Part shown: positions 37,201 through 49,200 of the stretch, one piece after another | Layout: every line of letters begins with the position of its first letter | Numbering within the stretch: the stretch's first letter is position 1 | NCBI GenBank assembly: GCA_965649765.1 | Contig: OZ287752.1 | Location: 18,972,001-19,036,000 of the forward strand | Source: Bispira polyomma | Lineage: Eukaryota | Reading direction: 5' to 3' | Length of the DNA: 64,000 nucleotides | Translations under genes and position numbers: made by a program | The notes under the pieces: model-generated | Told to the model about the DNA's origin: nothing | The model's input: only the letters and a program-made list of their open reading frames with translations | Database searches by the model: none

Positions 37201-40200
37201 GTTGTGTTTTTTTTTTGTTTTTTTTTAATGTTTCTTGGAACAAAACAAGTTAACAACTGTTTTGAATGATTTCGGTGGCTCAGATAATTGGAATTGCCAA
37301 TAAAATGTACTATTGCGACAAGGTTATGTTATTATCTATACTTTTGTTTTTTATTTTTTTTTTATTTTTTGTTGTGATCACTTATGTAATGGGTGGTTTT
37401 AAAATTGTTGTATTTTAAAAATTGGTTACTTTTTAACCCAACCTGTAAATACCTATATCTAACATGTATAGGAAAATAAATACCTCAAACCGTAGTTTCA
37501 TACATTTATACGTTATATAATAATTTATCACATTAACTTTTAACTTGACCTTCACATCTTCACCATAGGGGAACAGTCTCTGAAAAGAGCATTTTTGCCA
37601 ATACTCTGTATTGGCTGCGTCTTACAACCCTGTGGTAGGAGGTTGTTGGCTTCTTCTTGCCATGGCACTGAACCTGCTGGGATGCTGTTGTTATGCTTTA
37701 AATACAGCCTTTGCCTTTTTGCTAATACGGTCAGCCGGTTGCCATGTTGTGGATCCCCCAAGTCTACCATGTTTTTAGGATTCCTCAACCTTCCCCTGAT
37801 CAAACTGGTCACTGATGAGTGTGTTCCTGAGAACAGACTCATTGAAGATCTGGGCATCTAAACAGGACCCATTGCTTCCAAAATCCAGCCATACTTATAG
37901 TCCAAGTCCACTAAAGCCAGGAGAACCATCGAGTGAAACCCCTTGTAGTTGCAATAGATGGAACCACCCCCTGAAGGACACTAGATTGCCACAGGTTTTC
38001 TATCTATAGCAACATGGGTATAATGAAAGTTACAGCTATTGGAGAATCTCTAAGTCCCATTCGGCTGGTGTGGTTGGCAGGCGAATGACCTTGTGTATGT
38101 ACTCTACAACTACAGCATTACAGACTTCCTTCATAATTCCAGCAATAGTGTTGTGGGTCACGCTGAACCCATACATCAAACTGTAATAACTGTCACCTGT
38201 AGCTAAGTGACTCAAGGTGATTGCAAGTCTTCAGCCCACACTTATTGGTTTTCTGGCAAAGGAAACTTTCTTTGATATCAGTGGGCCAACCCTATTCGGT
38301 AGCTCTTGGAATGCTGGATCCGTCCTGCTGAAGTTTCTAAATGATGCAATGTCTTCTCTTTCCAGCTCTGCTATGAGGTGATCATACTGGCTAAAGATTG
38401 GCCCACAAATAAGCCATGGTCGAACCCAGCAGTTTCTTGGTCCACCTCTACATCCCCTATCTGTTGACCATCTTGCACAACAGTTAGTGCCAACATATCT
38501 GTCTCTAAGTCCATCAAAATTTTATTGTAGAACTCTACAGCAATCATAACACGTCATTGATCCAAGTTGTTGTAATAAATATTTTTTTGTTATTATTAAA
38601 TATATATATGTTCTCTCTCCAAAATTGCAATCATTAATGAGAAAAGTCTGTGAAATGGTGATTATTATATAGGTTTTCGAGATAGGTGCGTGAAAACGTC
38701 ACGGCAATGTTAGACAGCATTAAAATGGAAGTACTGTTTCGATCACCAACATATCTAGAAAGGAGATTCCGGAGATAAAACAAATGCATCGGTTCGACAT
38801 CGGTTGTTATACGGTACATCTCCAGATGAAACCGTGCAGAGCAAGATAGAATAATACATCATCCGGATAATTCGAGGAGTATTCGTTTTGTATACGGATC
38901 ATTAACAAATTGGCAACGGCTTGAAAAGGCAGACATTGTAACAGAAACGTATTGGATGTTAAAAATAGAACGGGGTAGAGTGAAAATAAACTAGATTTGA
39001 TCTGAGTTTATATACTTAGGGAAAGTCCGCAAGTAAAAGTATCAGTCAAAAGAAAGCTCCTGTATACATTGTTGCATCAAGCTATCTCGGATTTTTATAA
39101 ACAGGATGCTTGCAATACTTTGACAATCCACGAAATATAGGACTGTCATTATAACCAGTGAATTTCATAAGGATTTACAGTGTTTATTTTTCGTTTTCTT
39201 ACAGGATTTAACAGTACTCCTATATATAACTATGCAAACAGGAATAATGTTACAAGTTGACGATTGCCTGTCTGGCATTGGTAGCATTTCGGATAATAAA
39301 GTGTTTAAATATCCTTTACCCATATTTATGGCTTACACATTGCCAATTGTCTATTTTGAGATGGTAAGCGTTTTAATTTATTAAAAACTATGGGGTCACG
39401 AATGAAAAAATAAAAAAATTTAATTTTAATTTAATTAAAAGTTAATTCTGACAACATAGTTGTGGTGGCTGTTGTGCAGTCTCCCCAAACTAGAGATGAT
39501 TATTGGAGGTTTATGCCTTTATGTCATATATGGCAAATTTGAGCTGAAAAAATATTTAAATATCAGTCATATTCCAAGAAAGTAGAATTTTATTGCGGAC
39601 TCTCTATCACGATGGTTTGAATTGGAATATTAAGCAACACATATGAGTGACTTTATTACAGACAGCTTATTAATGTATGACATTCCCATTGACTTATTTA
39701 CTCTTGGCAGTTATATACAGAAAGAGTCAGAAAAAATCAGCTAGATTACTGGTGCCAGGTGCATTACGACATGTAGAACAGAGTCAGACACCACAAACAC
39801 AGAAAGAGTATGACAGCCAGTTTTGACATTTTCTGAGTTTCATAGTATACTATGACTTACAACAGACTTTCAGTTTTAACAGCATTATAGTTTTCTTTGA
39901 ATTTCTAACACAATCGGGAGTTTCAAACAGAGTTATCAATAATTATCTCTCAGCTTAAAGGCATAACACCAAGGTGTTAAATATTTATCATACAGGACTT
40001 TATGATCCCAGATTGTCCAGATTGTCCAGATCTCTAGAACTCATCTCAAAATACACACCAGTGTTCAAAAGGGTTTTTGATTTACACCAACTATTACAAA
40101 TTTCACATACTTGTGAACAATTTCAGTGTCCAGAATTGTTTAGAACAGCCTTTTTGTTTGCTTATTTCGTTTTCCTACGGATCTCAAACCTCAAACCTAC

Positions 40201-43200
40201 TTTAGGAAACTCCATTTGAGACACCTCACAAGGTCAGATGTATTATTTGAATCTCCAGGTATCCACTCAATATTAAAGTAAACAAAGACAAATCAAAATA
40301 GGATAAATCCAGATATAATTTAGTAACAATTGGGTATGTCCTGTCAGCACTGTCAGATCTCTAGGATCCATGTATCCTCTTTTGGCTAATCCTTTTGACA
40401 ACGGTAACTGTGAAGAAACAGCAAACTAAGGTCCACCCTAAAGCTCATACTCACACACCTTAATATACCAAGGGAATGTTAATCTTTTAAATGTTTTGGG
40501 CGCTCTGGCGTCTCTTTTGCTTTCAATTCTAACATGAAATTACAGCACATGCAAAAACATGGGTGCTGGAAGTCAGATGCCATTTGGTCTTACCTTCAAG
40601 CTACATTCCATGCAGCTTCCAACATTTCTACTACTTTTGCCTCTATTGTTTCTTCCAAATTCTAGTTTGGCTTTAGCATTTTAAACATTTTAGTATAGTT
40701 GTACATAGATGCTAAAGATATATAAATAAATATTCCCAAGCTGCATCTGATTTGTAGTTTTACATTTTCAACTTTTTTACCCTGTATCTTGCAGTATAGG
40801 CATATCTAAACATACCAACCACTTCATGTCATGCATTTGTTGCCCAAGGGCCATTATACTTTACTTTTAGTCTACCGTACTTACATCACACATAGCTATA
40901 ATTGGTTGTTTTACCATATTGCTAACTTTTGTGTGTATTATACTTAATTTATACTTGGCTATAATTCGTTGTTTAACCATATTGCTATTTGATAGGATTA
41001 TGATACTCTTAATCTTGTTATATTTATCCCTTTAGTATTATGAAGCCTAATGGCATTTTAAAATTTTTAGTATTTATATAAAATATTCTGTATAGTTGTA
41101 CGTAGAGGCTTAAGATATTTAAAAAAATATTCCCAAACTGCATCTGACTTATCACCTTTAAAAGTCATATACTTTAACATCAATTCACACAGGTCAACAA
41201 CTTTTGACCTCAACTTTTTCATTCACCATTTTAAACAGCTGAAAGAAAAACAAGAAACTAAACCCTTCCTTGCATTAGTTGGTAAAAATCCCACTTTGAT
41301 ATGATGCTTGCCTGAATGAATTTATGATGATTTCAAGAAAGTTTGTACTAGCTGGATATGCATCAATGATGTTTCAAAGAAACTAGACCTACTTGCTATA
41401 TCGAGAGGTCATTTATTTATTTTACATGTTCATATCTCATGAACTTCAACAAATATATACCATTATAGTGTCTAACTTACAGTATTATTTACTTAATGTC
41501 AGTTATTTTATTAATTCAATAGTTGTCAATATAAGTTTGTATTTTTCTAAATTGTAAAACATTCTATTTGACTGATATGAGATATAAAAACACATTTATA
41601 ACTCTATGTATATCTACTTACATTTAACAGTGTAATACTTAGTGTCTGAGTCTGAAGAGTAGCTGACTTGGTCTGTGTCTGAAGAAGTAGCTCTACAGTA
41701 AAACAGAAGCCTGTTGACTTCCCTCTCCATTGTAATTGTCTGTACCAAACTGTTCCTCATAGACTCCCCGACTTGTACTGTGTCTGTACCGTCTACTCTG
41801 TACAAACTGATCGCAGGTTCAGGGTTTCCGTTTGCTGTACATGTCAACTCTCTTGTCTCTCCTTCTTCTGGGTCTGGGCTGGAGTTTGCATTGATTGTTA
41901 CTGTATCTGATAAATCTAAAAGTTTTAAGCAATACAACTATTTACTTTTTGTGGTAGGAAAGGCAACACAATAGATTGAATAAAATTCCAACTATATCAT
42001 TAAGCAATAAAGTGAATCAAAGAATACTCTGGTTTGCTGCTGCACTGGAAGAAAACATCTCATTACAATATATGCCTAAAAAACACTACAGTCCTTCAGT
42101 CAGTGATATGGTTCACATATCCATAAACTTCAGAGTATCTAATTCATGTTTGCTGTATAATGTTAAAAAATCAACTTACACAATACACTAATCCTCAGCT
42201 TTTCAGATTCAACATCATATGTCCACCCTGAGTAGAGATAATTATCATCAGCTCTACAGTAAAACTGGGCACCATTATCATCTTTGTCAACAGTGAGTTG
42301 ATACTCTAGTGTTTTGGCAGTCACCTGTTCAAGATGTGTAGCTACTCCCTGTCTGTACAACCTCAGTCTACCTGCAGGATTACTGTCTACTTCACATGTC
42401 AAGGTTAACAGGGTATTCTCATTTACTGTTGAGGATAGAGAGGCTGTAGGTTTACTCACGGATGAGGGTATATCTGAAATTTAAATAGTACTTACCTGAA
42501 TAAGGCACAAGATTACCTTGAAAGCCATTAAAAACCTATTAGCAAAAAATATATAAAAGTTTGTCTGATGAGAAAAATATCTTTGGCTAAACTGATACAA
42601 ACATACACTCTCAAAATATGGTAATATAAACAGTTCATTGTAAGTCATTTACCCACAAATTATTGCTGTCAATTTGTAACTGTAATTACACCAGTGAGAC
42701 CCGGACTGATAATGAACAACAATATTTAACAGAATACAAATAAAGTCAATAGTGATACACTGTCAGCGGTAGTTTTATGAAGGGGCTACTGCAGTTGATG
42801 TTGTCTGCTAGACAGAAGTGAGTTTAAAGGGTTGGCCTGATGGATAAAAATGTAACTATCAGAATATGTTGGACATTTAGTTTGTAGCCAATTCTTTGCT
42901 GATTTCAGTCACTGTTTTACATACCGGACACTTAGGCAAGCATTGTATCATATTCGTCTACATTTATGTGGTATTAAAAGTGCTAATTATTTATTTTTTC
43001 CTGTGAAGACTATTATTTATTTGACAATAATCATTTTAAATGCTAAATTCTTGTCATGGGGTGATATAAGTGCAGTCATGCCTTTTTCCTACTCCAGAAA
43101 AGATAAACAGATACACCTCAGAAGAATGACGTAAGTATAGGGAAATTTTAAACAATATGTATACCACCTACCTGGTTTTTGGATGTGGTGACACCCATCC

Positions 43201-46200
43201 AGCTGAGTGTTGCAGGAAATTGAATAATACAATATCAATTGGTCTTGTTGTCAGTGTCATGAACAGATCGAATGCAGTAGTGTTGTAATTAAAATAGCTG
43301 AACTCATGGAATGGCATATTTCACAAAAAAACTCCTTTTCCAAGTTTACTAATTACTCATTCGTGCATGACCATTCAGCTACCCAATGCTCACATGATTC
43401 ACTCAGTACCCATTAGACAATTAAAATTACACACATTTGGAGTGTAGCTGTAAATTTAATCAGTTATTATAATATTGAAACAGGTGAAATACCTGAGTTT
43501 GGTTAGACATATTTTGATCTTGGTAAATGCATTTCTAAATTTAGTTTAATCTGGTTTTTTTTGTGGCCAATCAGTAAATTTCATTTGAACTGTGGCTTCC
43601 ATTAATCACAAATATTAAAAATGACAAAGCTTTGATCTTGGAACACAGGCCAAGTAAATTTAATTATTTTGTCAGTGTTGAGTGTAAACAAAATACTCGG
43701 TTATGATATTACAAGTGAACACTGGACTAGTATATGGAATAATGACTGCAATGAAATATTATATATTGCCTTTGTGGCTATGCCCAACATAATCAGTTAA
43801 TAATTTGTTAAAAGGGTAAATTGGAATGGAGATGCAGATTTGGGAGCCTCATAACATTGAGTGGTACCATTTATTGTCGCCAGTCTCTTTTGCTTATGAT
43901 CCTAGTATATTATTTATCACATTTTAACGAAGAAAGAGATAAGATGTGAGATGTAGCAAATAATAGAGGTTTATTTTTACCAGATAAAACGGTGACTTGA
44001 GGCAGCAGTCTCAGTCCAGTCACAACTTTCATCATATAGAGCCAGAGAAAAGCTACTAAGAACTTTACCTGTTTATTCTGTATCATTTAAAAAAATAACA
44101 AACAAACAACACCATTGGTCTAATTATATAAACTTACATGTGATTGGTTAGGGTGAAAATTTGTCACAAGGCTTTGGGGGCTTCTTTGCCGTTACAAAGA
44201 AAAAGTTGAACTAACAACATTGGAAAGCTTACATTGTTACACCCACTACAATCCTGTGTATATATAATTATCTTTTATATATTCACCTGTAGTACTGCAG
44301 TTTCAGATTGTGTGTGGTTGAGGAAATGGTGAGAGCAACATTATGGAGCTTGGTCACCACTGGTGATTTGCAAGTGGAGTTGTGAACCTCTGACTATCAT
44401 TCAAGCAAGGATTATGATGCATGAGCACGGAACTATAAAGCTGCCTAGTAATATTATTGCTAAATGTATGTTATAATAATGTGCATGTCTTACTAATCTA
44501 ACCTAACAGTTCACCATATCTTTAATTCAACGCTAATGGACTGTATTGCTCAGTTATTTAAAGGTACATACTATGAGATTGATAGAGATGTAGGTTATTT
44601 ACAGCCAGATGTTTTAAAGTGAGATCTCCAACATGCAACTGTAGGTAAATTCGCTCAATGTAATGACATGCTTTACATAATTTTAGTCATAGATTTAAAT
44701 GTTTTTAAAATGTAACCTTTATCTATATACATATTTACATCTTTACATAGATTATTCACTAATGTTTTTACATGTTCTAAAGCTGTTGTATTTTTATACT
44801 ACACTAATACATATTTACCTTCTCTTAAAAATACATATATATTTGTTATTGCAATAGAAAAGACAATATTGTACTTATATATATACGTATATTGTCATCA
44901 AGTGAAACCACAAACTACTCCTATAATGCATAAAGCATGTGTGTTAAGTATAGGTATAAGGTAACCTTAAAGCTGCAGGCTGTTAATATTATTCATTATT
45001 ATAACTCAATCAAAACTAACAAATGTGTAATATTTTCATAAGTTAACTCAAAACGTAAAATTTTAATTGAAGCTTGGTTGACTTAAGCTAACACTTAAAC
45101 TGGTTGTGAAAATAAATGTAGAACTTAGTGTAGTAAATAAATGTAGATATATATCTTCATTCTTGTGCATCACTCACATCTCTTGTCATGAACTGGACTG
45201 CATTCAAAATTGGCGAATAAAAGATACAGTTCCTCGGAGTAGTGCCTGAGGAAACTCAATTAACCGAACAAGTCATAGAAAGACAATACTGCGGTTAAAT
45301 ATATTTATTTCATATTTACAGCTACTATTACTAAGATATTTATGTACAGTTCTTTGACATGATATGCACTTTGAGTGAGCATAAGGTCCCCTTAAGTCAA
45401 CTGAGTTTAGGACTTTAGGTTAAACCAGAATGAGTTTAAGTCACCCTAACTAAGAAAGAAGTTGACTTTAGAAATTTAGATTTAAGTTGAAACTTAGATA
45501 TGACTTTGAAGATTAACAAATTAAAGTTTGACTTAGGTTTTAAGTGGAACTTTAATTACATGAGTACAATATGTACTTTAATAATACAGGGGGACCTTAT
45601 GCCCACAGTTAATTCATTTAGTTTACAGGTAATTAATATGCTACTTGCACTGTTAAACTGACTAGATCTTACAGTGATGCCACCAAACCCCAAAATTTTA
45701 GTAGGTATTTTGTAGAATAGTTTTGAAGGAATCGGCAACTTGAGTACCAGCATTGGCAGAATCCGAAATGTAACGCCAGACGCAATCGGACGTCCAGGTG
45801 CCGTGCCTTTGGATGTCCTGAATGGTGACATTATTGTTAAAGGCAAAGGTGGCACCTGAACGCCTGAAAGCGTGAAAGGTCAAGCCAGAGTACTGCGGGC
45901 CCAGCATTAGTAAGACATTCTTAAGATGCCTCCGAACCCTAGTATCAGTAAGGGGCAACCAAATGGCATTCTGCTTAAATTGAAACAAGGGCAGATCTTT
46001 CCCTTTAGGAGAAATAGCCAAACAGTTTTTTAAAGCTTGCACCGGACATAAGATGGAATTGGTTAAAGCTGGTATGGTGAGCAAGCGAACGGCATTATTG
46101 TTTTGAAGGGTTTTAGACCATTTAATAATGAGGACAGCGTACCCTGGCTTGAAAAGAACATCAGCCCTTGCAAGCTGCTTAAGAGGAGAGTAAGCAGCAA

Positions 46201-49200
46201 CCGAATGAGCACAGAGGTTAGACAGCCTCAGAAAGGAAAAGAAACTGGTAAGATAGACTGCTTTAAAAATTTGACCCATGTAAGTACTGTTGCACTTTAT
46301 AATAAGAGACCTTAACAACTGAACATCGAAAATTGACTTAAGTTTTACTTGCAACGGTCTATGCATCCCCAAAGCTTTATTATAATAGGTAATTCTTTTA
46401 TCAGAAAAAACATCTACGGATATATGGAAGAGGACACACTTAGCCTTAATGGCAGAAAGATGATTAAGAACTTGACTAGCCGACACACCATTAAACGTTA
46501 AAAACTCTAAATAAGCTAAGAGATATAACACAGTCACCTTTTGAGGAGGCCAAGACATAAAGGCTCCAACCGCCAAGAACAGCCTGAACATTCTGTTGTA
46601 GGCTCTGTTAGTGGCAGGGGTGAAGGCAAGTACAAGTCTGTCACAAGCTTTCTGCATCAAGGAGATGGCCACAGGTTGTATATCTAGAAAACATGACTAA
46701 CATGTGCTATATAAGTGAGTTAACTTTTAATAAACTGCGGCAAGCAGGCAGCCACTGGACAGGCCCAGCTAACCTAAATAACGACAAATGGTCGGCTTCA
46801 GTTTCCTTCCATCTTGACAGCAAATCTGCAATTTTATTTTCTTTACCCAAAATATGTACGACAACAATATCAATACTAAACTTGCTAGCTAACATGTATA
46901 TGTTCCTAGAATACGTGGCTAATTCGGGATCTCTGGTGCGCCCTGTCTGTAAGACACTTACAACTGCCTGATTATCACATCTGACCAATATTCTACGACC
47001 TTTCCATTTATGAACCCACAATTTTAGAGCTACCAAGATGTTAAGCATCTCCAAAGAAGCAATATTGACCTCAGTCATTTCTGGAGGAATGTTAATTTGG
47101 TACACTTGTTTCTCAAAAATACCCCCCATTCCAGTAAGGCAGGCATCCAATTCAATCTCACCAGTTATGGGCTTAGGCATGAAAAAAGAGACTCCATTGA
47201 AGTGTTCTGCAAAAGTAGTAAACCAATTCAAGTCACGCCTGAATTCAGGGGTGATGGCGATATACTTTCTGGTGTAATTATCTCGTAACAGCTCCAGCAT
47301 CCTATTCAAAAAGACCCGAGCATACTTTACACATTTAGAGATATATAATAACAAGCCAAGTAAAGACTGGAGCTCTCTCTTAGTGCAGAATTTTTTGGAT
47401 TTCCATTCGTGACACTTATCTTTAATTTGACTTAATTTCTCACCCGGGATGGAAGTAGTACCTAGAATGGTATCCACTACTATGCCCAGGCAGACGACCT
47501 GCGTGCTGGGAGGAACCAATTTTTTCTGACTTACTGTCAACCCCAACTCTTGTAGCAGTTCTTGCAATCTGAGGAAAGTTTTTTGAATTTTGCTGGGAAC
47601 AGAAATAGCCAAGAAATCGTCGATGTAGTTGTGGACATTATGATTTTCAGAGTGCATTATGAATCGCACGGCATCCGAAATTCTCTGAAAAATCGTGCTA
47701 CCATTACGATATCCGAACGGCAGAGATCTGTCCACATAATAGGACTTCCACTTTAGACCTAGGAGGTCAACGTCGCCAGGGTCAATGGGTACGTGGCGGA
47801 ACGCCCTACTTATATCGACCTTGAATATCTCACATCCTCTCCCCAATTTTACCACCTCACTAGTGAGATTATCAATGGACGGATAAGACAGTAGAAATTC
47901 AACGCCCAAGTAAGAGGAAGGAGAAGCTCCCGCATTAACCGACCCCCCTTGAGGCCAACTCAAGTCTACAATTACTCTCCGGTTAATTGAGTTCGGTTTG
48001 TGTCTCGTCATAAGGGGAGAACAGTGCAGGCCCGGAAGAGGAGGTTTGTCAAATGGCCCTAACATGGCGCCGAACTCACATTCTTCTTTCATATAAGCCT
48101 CTACATGCTGTGGATATTCCTCAGCCGACTTATGGTTACTCTCACTGGATTCCAATTTTACTGAATGATCGACGTCCAGGGGAAATCCATATTTTATGAG
48201 GAGAGGCAATTGCCAATCCCAGTAATTTTTGAGGTATTTTTTCCAACTCTCGGGTCTTAATTGAGAGGGAACAGGGATTTGCAACCCTTCATAATTATGC
48301 CTGCCGTCAGCCCGAATTAAGTCATGCATTTGCAAAATGGAAAGTTCGGGCCCTCCCTCACCCTGATCTGCCATCTCACAGCCCAGAGCAGAGAGAGGAG
48401 TGAATCCATATGCATGTTGGGTTTGGGCTTGCCATTTTCTGTAAGTAGGATTTGAGGCAGCCTTAGCTAACATGCCTTTCTTATTTACTTTCTGTTTCAA
48501 GGCACAAGAGTACTTATCGGGACATTCGAGACTTTCCGGGCTATCTTCGGAAGCAGTTTTACTCCTGCCCTCGCCTCGGTCAACGGGCTTGTCACTAGGG
48601 CCAGAAAGGAATCGAACGGGCTCGTCCACATTTTCACCGTCATCGACCGACAGCGACACTAAAGCTGTATACCTGTTAGCAAGAGGGAGGACAGCCACAC
48701 CCCCATTGACCCGCCTCTCTTCGCCCCCATTCAACCTCGAGCACTTGACCTCCTTTGTTATCACCTTGCCTTGTTTCGCACCCCGGCCTGGCTTCACAAT
48801 GGAAGTCCATTGTCCCACAGAGGTACCAAGGGGCCTCAACAATGTGTCACTTTTGCCACGTAATATGTCTACCTTACTCTTGTCAACCCTTGCCTGTTTT
48901 ACCGGCACCTCATTAGCACTTCTATTTACACACCCATACTTTTGAACTGGGCCATTCTTTTGCAACGCCTGGCTATAACTCAAGTCTGGCCTAGTGCCCT
49001 TCACATATTTACACGTTTTTCGCCACACAGACCTCTCAAATAATTGTGCACTCTTAAATTCAGTATTATAAACAAACCTACATTTGTGCTTCCCACTTTT
49101 AGCCACTGCATTAACGCAGTGGCCCCTCAGTTTTTTGCCCCTTTCTTATGACATTCACTAGTCTGGTGGCTACCCTCACATGTCTCGCAATGATGTTTAT

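Larger units (their letters stand above)
34421..39100. mobile_element. PIF/Harbinger DNA transposon (decayed; right end not located)
   Basis: Left end gggccttcacactg; plus-strand accessory ORF 35360-36010; convergent minus-strand transposase. Confidence 0.75.
33256..41210 (+). mobile_element. Decayed Ngaro-like YR element (YR-4, relative of YR-1) interrupted by a Harbinger
   Basis: Gag remnant KSGRYNTSEVCVNDHIKRWPNE..CRHYQKNQCQHQKDH (33270-33830), Pol N-terminus 33830-34410, RNase H 39140-39720, YR 39780-40664 (LRISNL, HGCWKSDAIWSYLQ), B-like repeats ~40668 and ~41050. Confidence 0.9.
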
